DNA of 64,000 nucleotides, taken from assembly GCA_965277805.1 (NCBI GenBank), contig OZ255842.1, forward strand, positions 2,912,001 to 2,976,000, written 5' to 3'. This document shows positions 57,658-64,000 of this stretch, one piece after another. The notes beneath the pieces were generated by a model. That model was not told the origin of the DNA. It searched no databases and was given only the letters and a program-made list of their open reading frames with translations. A program made the translations under genes and the position numbers. Positions within the stretch are counted from its first letter, which is position 1. The number at the start of each line of letters is the position of its first letter. The DNA is from Candidatus Lustribacter sp. Lineage in GTDB: Bacteria > Vulcanimicrobiota > Vulcanimicrobiia > Vulcanimicrobiales > Vulcanimicrobiaceae.

Positions 57658-57951
57658 ATGGCAGTTCGTAAGAAAGCCACGCGTAAGAAGTCGACTTCGG
57701 CTAAAAAGACCACGAAGAAGTCGGCCTCACGCAAGAAGGCAGCTCCCCGTAAGAAAGTCGCCAAGAAAAAGGGCGCAAAAAAGACGGCTCGCAAGAAGAC
57801 CACGCGTAAGAAAGCCGCCAAGAAAACCGCTAAGAAAACCACTCGGAAGAAGAAAACGTCGCGCAAGAAGGCGGGGGCCAAGAAGGTCGTCCGCAAGACC
57901 GCTCGCCGGAAGAAATCCGCTCCTCGCCGTAAAAAAGCAGCAGCGGCCTAA
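57658..57951 (+). CDS. Histone H1-like/Hc2-like basic protein
   Basis: About half Lys/Arg in xxRKK/xxAKK repeats with no acidic residues; has its own promoter and terminator. Confidence 0.85.
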   Translation: MAVRKKATRKKSTSAKKTTKKSASRKKAAPRKKVAKKKGAKKTARKKTTRKKAAKKTAKKTTRKKKTSRKKAGAKKVVRKTARRKKSAPRRKKAAAA

Positions 57952-57970
57952 CTGCGACCACGGAGGTTAC

Positions 57971-58005
57971 GAGCGAGTCGCTAAAACCGGCTCGCTCTTT
58001 TTTTT
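57971..58005 (+). terminator. Rho-independent terminator
   Basis: GAGCGAG...CTCGCTC stem followed by T8. Confidence 0.85.
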
Positions 58006-58009
58006 ATAT

Positions 58010-58717
58010 ATGTATCTCGACGGATTCCCAGAACTCGCCTACGCCCGCCTGGTGCGGAAACGCGCTCGGGGCGTGCCGATTCGCGACGGCGGCCGCGCCG
58101 TCGCCATCGCCTGGATGGCGGACGGCACGATTCATTCCGCCGACACGATGGTGCGGTTCGACGTCACCGAGGGCGAGAAGGCCCCGCGCCGGATGGCGGA
58201 TGCGTTCCAGCAGACCAACGCCGGATCGGTTCGGTACTTCGGCGGCGACGATGTGATCCGCGGCGCCCTGAAAGGGCTCGAACTCGACGTCACGATCGAC
58301 GGCTACGCCTTTGTCTTCCGCCACGCACCGCCGCTGCCGGTCAAGGTGACGCTGCGCGAAGGGTCGATGCGCGACTCCCTGGTGCTCGGCGAAATGGCCC
58401 GGGAGCAATCCGGTGCCATGGACGACCCCAAAATCCTCATCGCCGAAATCGGGCATGAAGCCGTCGGCGTCGCGATCACCGACGTGATCGACAAGAATTG
58501 GTCGGAGCTGCGGATCGCGGTCCACCAGCCGCACCGCGGTAACGGCTACGGCGCGGCGATCGCCGCGACGGCCGCCGATCGGCTCGTTGCGACCGAAGGG
58601 CGCCTCGTGTGCGCCGGCATCCACCTGCTCGACGAACGCGCCCGCCTCTCGCTCGAACGGGGCGGCTTCCGGCTCGTCGACTACTACTTCGTCGCGTCCC
58701 GCAAACTGCACAACTAG
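58010..58717 (+). CDS. GNAT family N-acetyltransferase
   Basis: HRGNGYG and SLERGGF motifs. Confidence 0.78.
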   Translation: MYLDGFPELAYARLVRKRARGVPIRDGGRAVAIAWMADGTIHSADTMVRFDVTEGEKAPRRMADAFQQTNAGSVRYFGGDDVIRGALKGLELDVTIDGYAFVFRHAPPLPVKVTLREGSMRDSLVLGEMAREQSGAMDDPKILIAEIGHEAVGVAITDVIDKNWSELRIAVHQPHRGNGYGAAIAATAADRLVATEGRLVCAGIHLLDERARLSLERGGFRLVDYYFVASRKLHN

Positions 58718-60300
58718 TCTAAGAGAAGGCGCGATTCGGCGAGGTCGATGTCGTATTGCATGCGGCGGAAGACCTCGTCGGCGATCTCTCCGGCATGCCG
58801 CATATCATCGAGCGCGGTACGTTCGGCGTCGATGGTTTGGCGGATGAGGTCCCGTTCGAGGTTGTGTTGCGAGTCATCGGCCTGCGCGCTGTAGTGCTCG
58901 ATCGTCTCTTCGAAACGGAACCGCAGCCGTCCGGCGACTTCCCACTGCGCGGCCGTCGCAAAGGTGTCTTCCAGCTCTTTCAGCCGGGCGAGCGCGGCTT
59001 CGGCCACGCGCACCTGCGCGGTCGCGCGCGGCCGCTCGCCGGTGTCGTCATCGACGACGTGAAACCAGCGGATAAACCAGGGTAGCGTGAGGCCCTGTCC
59101 GAGCAACGTGACCAAGATCACCGCGAACGTAATGAACAGGATCAGATCGCGCGCGGGAAACGGTGAGCCGCCGTTCACGTCCTCCGGAATCGACAGCGCC
59201 GCCGCCAGCGAAACGATGCCGCGCATCCCCGACCAGCCCAAAACGAACGCCCACGACCACGGCAGCGTGCCGCCCTCGCGGGCGACGGTGCGGACGTTGA
59301 ACCGCCGCGTCAGCGCGGCCACCGCCACCCATGCGAGCCGCACCGCGATCACCGTGCCGGCGATAGCCCCGGCGTACTGCGCGAGCGTCGCCGCCGGGAA
59401 GATCGCCAACTCCGTAAAGATCGAGCGCAGCTGCAGGCCGAGAATGATGAACAGTGCCCCGTTGAACACGAAGAACAGCGTGTTCCAAACGCTGCGGCCG
59501 ATCAGGCGCGCCTCGGGCGTATACATGCCGCCGCCCTGACGGCTGAGGTACATGCCGCCCGCCGCCGCCGCCAACACACCGGAACCGCCCAGCCGGTCGG
59601 CGGCGAGATAGACGAGGAACGGCGTGATCAGCGTGATCGTCACAGAGATCACGTCGTCAGTGAGGTTGTGATCGTAGAGAAAGCGCGTGACCCGCCGGGC
59701 CACCACGCCGCCGGCGATGCCGATCGCGATCCCGACGATCGCGACGTAGGCGAATTGCGCGACCGCGCTGCCTAACGAGAACGTCCCGATCATCACCGCC
59801 GCGACGGCGAACTTGTAGAGCACGAGCCCGGTCGCATCGTTGATCAAGCTCTCGCCGCCGAGCACGGTGAGCAGACGCAGCGGCATGCCGGTTTCCTCGG
59901 CAATCGCGTCGGTGGCAACCGTATCGGTCGGCGAGAGGATCGCGCCGAGCACGAAGCCCACGTCGAGCGGCAAGCCGATGACCCAGTGGGCAACGAACGC
60001 CACGCTCACCGACGTCAGCACGACGAGCCCGGTCGCGAGCTGCACGATCGGCTTGATGAAACGTTTGAATCGGCGGAAATCAGTGACAAACGCGTCGCCG
60101 AAAATCAGCGGCGGCAAGAACACGAGGAAGACCAGATCCGGCGCCAGCTTGATGACCGGCACGCCGGGCACGAACGCCAGCGCGATGCCGCCCAGTAAGA
60201 ACACGATCGGGTACGGCTGACGCGTCCACTTCGCCACGACCGCCAGCGCCGCGATCAGCGCGAGGATCAGAAAGATCGTGACCTCGCCCGCTCCGCTCAA
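58714..60300 (-). CDS. Na+/H+ antiporter (CPA1)
   Basis: FLPPLIF, SPTDTV, GESLINDA, GMRGIVSLAAAL. Confidence 0.93.
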   Translation of the reverse strand: MSGAGEVTIFLILALIAALAVVAKWTRQPYPIVFLLGGIALAFVPGVPVIKLAPDLVFLVFLPPLIFGDAFVTDFRRFKRFIKPIVQLATGLVVLTSVSVAFVAHWVIGLPLDVGFVLGAILSPTDTVATDAIAEETGMPLRLLTVLGGESLINDATGLVLYKFAVAAVMIGTFSLGSAVAQFAYVAIVGIAIGIAGGVVARRVTRFLYDHNLTDDVISVTITLITPFLVYLAADRLGGSGVLAAAAGGMYLSRQGGGMYTPEARLIGRSVWNTLFFVFNGALFIILGLQLRSIFTELAIFPAATLAQYAGAIAGTVIAVRLAWVAVAALTRRFNVRTVAREGGTLPWSWAFVLGWSGMRGIVSLAAALSIPEDVNGGSPFPARDLILFITFAVILVTLLGQGLTLPWFIRWFHVVDDDTGERPRATAQVRVAEAALARLKELEDTFATAAQWEVAGRLRFRFEETIEHYSAQADDSQHNLERDLIRQTIDAERTALDDMRHAGEIADEVFRRMQYDIDLAESRLLLD

Positions 60301-61562
60301 CTGGCGCGCAACTTCGGATGGGCGCTAAACGTCCACACCCCCACGGCCGTGCAGATGATCCCCGCCACGATGAAGACCAGCCGCAAGTCGGTGAAGCGCG
60401 CGAGCGTCCCGATCACGAGCGCTCCGCCGGGAACCAGGCCGAGCGCGATCATCGAGTAGACCGAGATCACGCGTCCGCGCATCTCGTCGGGCGCCAGCGT
60501 CTGCACCAGCACGTTCGAGGAACCGATGAAGCTCTGCGTGCCGAGCCCGACGAAGCCGAGCACGAGCGAGCCCCACAGGACGCTGTCGGTAACGCCGAGC
60601 GTCGCGACGCCGAGCGAGGCGATGCAGCCCGAAACGAACCACAGCACCGCGCGCTTGCGCACGTTGAACGCCGCGATCAGGAGCGCGCCGACGACCGCCC
60701 CGATTCCGGACGCCGCCATCAACGCACCCAATCCGCGCGCGTCCGTGTGCAGCACGTGCACGGCGTACGCCGGCAGCAGAAACGTATACGAGCGCACGGA
60801 AAGCGCGGTGACGATCATCATCAAGTAGATCCAGCGCAACGCCGAATGCGCGTAGATGAAGCGCACGCTCTCGAGAAAGGCCGGCCAAAACGGCGTACGT
60901 TTGGTGGAACTCGGCGGCGAGGGCCGCATGAAGATCAGCGCCAGCACCACCGCGAACTTCACGATCGCGTTGACGATCATGCACGGTGCGATGCCGGCCG
61001 CGAAGATCAGGATTCCGGCCAGCGGCGGGCCCGCGACCGCCGGCGTGTTAAACGCGAACGAGTTCAGCCCAATCGCATTTCCCACCAGCTCGCGCGGCAC
61101 GAGGATCGAGACCCAGCTCTGCCGCGCCGGCGCATCGAACGATTGCGTCGCGGCCTGCATCGCGCTGATCGCTAAGATCACCGGCAGCGACGCGGTGTTG
61201 GTCAGCAGCGTCCCGGCGAGGATCACGGCCAAGATCATCGTCATGATGTTGGTGCTGAGCAAGATCGGACGGCGCGAGTAGCGATCGGCGAGAACACCTG
61301 CATAGGGCGAGGCGAGCAGGACCGGGATCATGCGCGATGCCCCGAGCAGCCCGATGTAGAACGAGCCGAGGCCGGCGTTCGGCGCGAGCCGCGCAACGTA
61401 GTAGCCGAGCGCGGTGAACTGGATCCACGTCCCGATGTTGCCGACGAACAGCCCGCTCCAGAGCAGCGAGAAGTCGCGGTAACGGAACGGTCCGAGCAGG
61501 CTTCCCTGGATGTTGGGGACGGGGCGTTCGCCCGCGCCGATCGCTTTTTCGGCCGCCGTCAT
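60297..61562 (-). CDS. MFS transporter (MFS_3/EntS-like)
   Basis: GVLADRYSRR, FDAPARQS, PDEMRGRV; ATG 61562. Confidence 0.9.
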   Translation of the reverse strand: MTAAEKAIGAGERPVPNIQGSLLGPFRYRDFSLLWSGLFVGNIGTWIQFTALGYYVARLAPNAGLGSFYIGLLGASRMIPVLLASPYAGVLADRYSRRPILLSTNIMTMILAVILAGTLLTNTASLPVILAISAMQAATQSFDAPARQSWVSILVPRELVGNAIGLNSFAFNTPAVAGPPLAGILIFAAGIAPCMIVNAIVKFAVVLALIFMRPSPPSSTKRTPFWPAFLESVRFIYAHSALRWIYLMMIVTALSVRSYTFLLPAYAVHVLHTDARGLGALMAASGIGAVVGALLIAAFNVRKRAVLWFVSGCIASLGVATLGVTDSVLWGSLVLGFVGLGTQSFIGSSNVLVQTLAPDEMRGRVISVYSMIALGLVPGGALVIGTLARFTDLRLVFIVAGIICTAVGVWTFSAHPKLRAS

Positions 61563-62170
61563 CCGATCGTGCCGCGCGCGGCATCGATCAGCGCGATTGC
61601 CCCCGCGACACCGAAGCGCGCGACGTCCAAGACCAAATCGTAGTAGTGCGGATCGCCCCAGTCGAAATCGTACTGCTCGCGCGCGTAATTGCGCCGGCCG
61701 CCGTCGACGCGCGCGATCTCGGTGCGCGCCGCAGCCGGGGTCATGCCGAGCGATTCCGCGATGTGCGCGATGCGCCACTCGAGCGGCGCGGTGAGAAACA
61801 CGCGCAGCACGTCCGAGCGTTCGCGCAGCACGACGTTGCCCAGCCGCCCGACGACGATCACGTTGCCGCCGTCGGCCGCTTCGTGGATGAGGCGCTCGAT
61901 CTCGCGCTGGGTGATCGCCTCGAGGTCTTCGACCTCCGGGGCCGGCTGAAACGCTTCGGGCATCGCGACGCTGAGCGAGCGCAAGAGGCGCCGTCCGAAA
62001 CCGGTATTCTGGTACTCGATGCCCTCGACGGCTTCGGGCGAGGTGCCCAGCCGCGCGGCCACGACGACCGGCAGATCCTCGTCGAGCAAGCGATACCCGA
62101 GCAGCTCGGCGAGCCCGTGGATGACGGCCCGGCCGGCTGCCCCGTACTCGCGCGAAATCGTGATGATCAC
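61559..62170 (-). CDS. Cytidylate kinase-like family protein
   Basis: IITISREYGAAG, VIVVGR, VFLTAP, YDLVLD. Confidence 0.87.
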   Translation of the reverse strand: MIITISREYGAAGRAVIHGLAELLGYRLLDEDLPVVVAARLGTSPEAVEGIEYQNTGFGRRLLRSLSVAMPEAFQPAPEVEDLEAITQREIERLIHEAADGGNVIVVGRLGNVVLRERSDVLRVFLTAPLEWRIAHIAESLGMTPAAARTEIARVDGGRRNYAREQYDFDWGDPHYYDLVLDVARFGVAGAIALIDAARGTIG

Positions 62171-62222
62171 GAGCCCCTGCTTCCGCGGATGGACCGGCAG
62201 GTCCGGGTCGAAACGCAAACCC

Positions 62223-63236
62223 ATGCCGATCATCGAGACGCGCGAGCTGCGGAAGGTCTTCCGCTCCGTCAAGCGGACTCCGGGGGCCGGCGGCGCGCTC
62301 AAAACGCTCTTCTCCCGCGAGTACGTCGACAAGGTCGCCGTCACCGGCGTGACGATGTCGCTGGACGCGGGCGAACTGGTCGGCTACATCGGGCCGAACG
62401 GCGCGGGCAAATCCACCACGATCAAGATGCTCACCGGCATCCTCGTCCCGACCTCGGGAGAGGTGCGTGTCGCGGGCATCGTGCCGTATGAAAAGCGCAG
62501 CGAGAACGCGCGCAACATCGGGGTCGTGTTCGGGCAGCGCTCGCAGCTCTACTGGGATCTGCCGCTCGTCGAGTCGTTCGAACTTCTGCGCGCGATCTAC
62601 GACGTTTCGGCGCAGCGCTATCGCGAAAACATGGACTACTTTACCAAGCTGCTGGAAATGGACGACTTCCTCAACACGCCCGTGCGGCAGCTCTCGCTCG
62701 GTCAGCGCATGCGCGGGGATTTTGCGGCGGCGATGCTGCACGACCCGCGCGTCGTTTTCCTCGACGAACCGACGATCGGGCTCGACGTGGTGGCCAAGGA
62801 AGCGATTCGCACCTTCATCGCCGACATCAACCGCGAACGCGGCACCACGTTCATCCTCACGACGCACGACTTGGCCGACGTCGAGCGCTTGTGCCGGCGC
62901 ATCGTGCTGATCGACCGCGGCACGCTGATCTTCGACGGCGCCGTCGAGACGCTGCGCGATGAGTACGGCACGCACCGCACGCTGGTGGTCGAGCTTTGCG
63001 AACCCCAAACGCACGTCGAGATCGAAGGCACGGAGGCCGAACTCACGACGCCGACGATCGCGCGCTTCCGCTTCGACCGGCGCACGATGTCGGCCGAGGC
63101 GCTGGTCCGCCGCGTCACCGAATGCTACGCGGTCAGCGACATCTCGATCGAGGAGCCCGAACTCGAGTCGATCATTCGCCGCATCTACCGCGACGGGTAC
63201 GTCATCGAGCCCGACGGAGAACCAGCCGCCACGTGA
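62223..63236 (+). CDS. ABC exporter ATP-binding protein
   Basis: GPNGAGKST, FGQRSQLYWDLP, LSLGQRMR, LDEPTIGLD. Confidence 0.92.
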   Translation: MPIIETRELRKVFRSVKRTPGAGGALKTLFSREYVDKVAVTGVTMSLDAGELVGYIGPNGAGKSTTIKMLTGILVPTSGEVRVAGIVPYEKRSENARNIGVVFGQRSQLYWDLPLVESFELLRAIYDVSAQRYRENMDYFTKLLEMDDFLNTPVRQLSLGQRMRGDFAAAMLHDPRVVFLDEPTIGLDVVAKEAIRTFIADINRERGTTFILTTHDLADVERLCRRIVLIDRGTLIFDGAVETLRDEYGTHRTLVVELCEPQTHVEIEGTEAELTTPTIARFRFDRRTMSAEALVRRVTECYAVSDISIEEPELESIIRRIYRDGYVIEPDGEPAAT

Positions 63237-64000
63237 AGTTCCGCGCCGCCCCGTATCTCGAGTTTGCCAAAAAGGCGTTCGCGCGTGAAGCAACCTACCG
63301 CATGGAGGTCTTCACCAATGTCGGTTCGCTGCTCGCACGTCTCTATTTAATGAAGATGGTGTGGGTTGCGCTCTACGCGCAGAACGTCGCGCCGGCGGGC
63401 GTACCGTTGCACGCTATCCTGACGTACACCTCGATCGCGCTCTTGATGTCGCTGGTACTCGAGATCGACGGCACCCGCATCATTCGCGACCGCGTGCGCG
63501 AAGGCTCGATCGCGACCGACTTGATGAAACCGATCAACCTGCCGCTCTACTTCTTCAGCGACGGCTTCGGCCAAACGCTGCTGCACGCGGTGCTGATCGT
63601 GCCCTCGCTACTGCTCGCGCTCTTTATCGTGCACATCGACGTGCCCTCAGCGCCGGTGCTGCTCGCGTTCGCCGTGAGTTTTGCGCTCGGCTACATTGTG
63701 AACTTCTTGATGAACTTCCTGATGAACTCGATCGCGTTCTGGACGCTCGAGACGTTTGCCATTCAGCTGATCATCCGCTGGGTGAGCGATCTGCTCGGCG
63801 GCCAGATCGTACCGCTGATCTTCTTCCCGGGCTTTCTGCAGCAAATCGTGCTCGCGCTGCCGTTCGCAGCCGTGTACTCAACGCCGCTGCTGATCTATCT
63901 CGGAAACATTCCCCCGAGCGCGTACCCCGCCGCCTTCGCAACGCAGCTCGCCTGGACCGCCGGCTTCGCGATCCTGGCGATGTTCGTGTGGCGCGGCGCG
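63233..64000 (+). CDS. ABC-2 family (DUF990-type) permease, partial
   Basis: GTG 63233 MKFRAAPYLEFAKKAFAREATYR..., REGSIATDLMKP, LPF; runs off the window. Confidence 0.85.
   Translation, partial: MKFRAAPYLEFAKKAFAREATYRMEVFTNVGSLLARLYLMKMVWVALYAQNVAPAGVPLHAILTYTSIALLMSLVLEIDGTRIIRDRVREGSIATDLMKPINLPLYFFSDGFGQTLLHAVLIVPSLLLALFIVHIDVPSAPVLLAFAVSFALGYIVNFLMNFLMNSIAFWTLETFAIQLIIRWVSDLLGGQIVPLIFFPGFLQQIVLALPFAAVYSTPLLIYLGNIPPSAYPAAFATQLAWTAGFAILAMFVWRGA

Noticed and set aside
57635-58009. 360-aa GNAT ORF starting at 57635
   Set aside because: It reads across the basic-protein gene and its terminator; the GNAT starts at 58010.
60297-63293. 998-aa apparent MFS fusion
   Set aside because: The upstream ~577 codons overlap the kinase-like and ABC genes; the real start is at 61562.
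1-64000. CRISPR arrays, tRNA/rRNA, IS elements
   Set aside because: I saw no spaced direct repeats, RNA gene signatures or transposase ORFs.

Overview
This is a GC-rich, densely coding bacterial chromosomal window with no rRNA, tRNA, CRISPR array, integrase or transposase. The gene style (many 'LxA/G-CGGGG' lipoproteins, LIV-type ABC systems) suggests Candidatus Eremiobacterota/Vulcanimicrobiota, but this is an inference only. Housekeeping and transport genes include manB, a nagA-like gene, tdk, cysK, ilvA, manA, an RND permease, two LIV-type ABC systems, a CPA1 antiporter, an MFS transporter and an exonuclease plus ATP-dependent DNA ligase. A split minor type IV pilin cluster lies at 1.8-7.3 kb and a tandem-GTPase dynamin-like gene at 9.7-12.4 kb. 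The best candidate for an undescribed system is 30.7-49.2 kb. It encodes five paralogous Ser/Thr-rich beta-sandwich lipoproteins. They share a lipobox, a first beta-strand and an Arg-containing loop ('RxxxxVxP'); four share a Cys pair and four end in a terminal beta-strand, an architecture resembling lipoprotein-derived type V pilins. They are interleaved with two paralogous DUF2723/TMEM260-like GT-C glycosyltransferases and three further glycosyltransferases, with an Asp/Asn beta-hydroxylase and manA at the edges. My hypothesis is a glycosylated lipoprotein filament or surface layer with dedicated protein O-glycosylation. Also notable are an intact REP-like palindromic element translated in-frame inside an ABC fusion gene (with a remnant in the DNA ligase), an Hc2-like basic protein, and a small metallothionein. 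All family calls come from motif recognition by eye; no searches were run.
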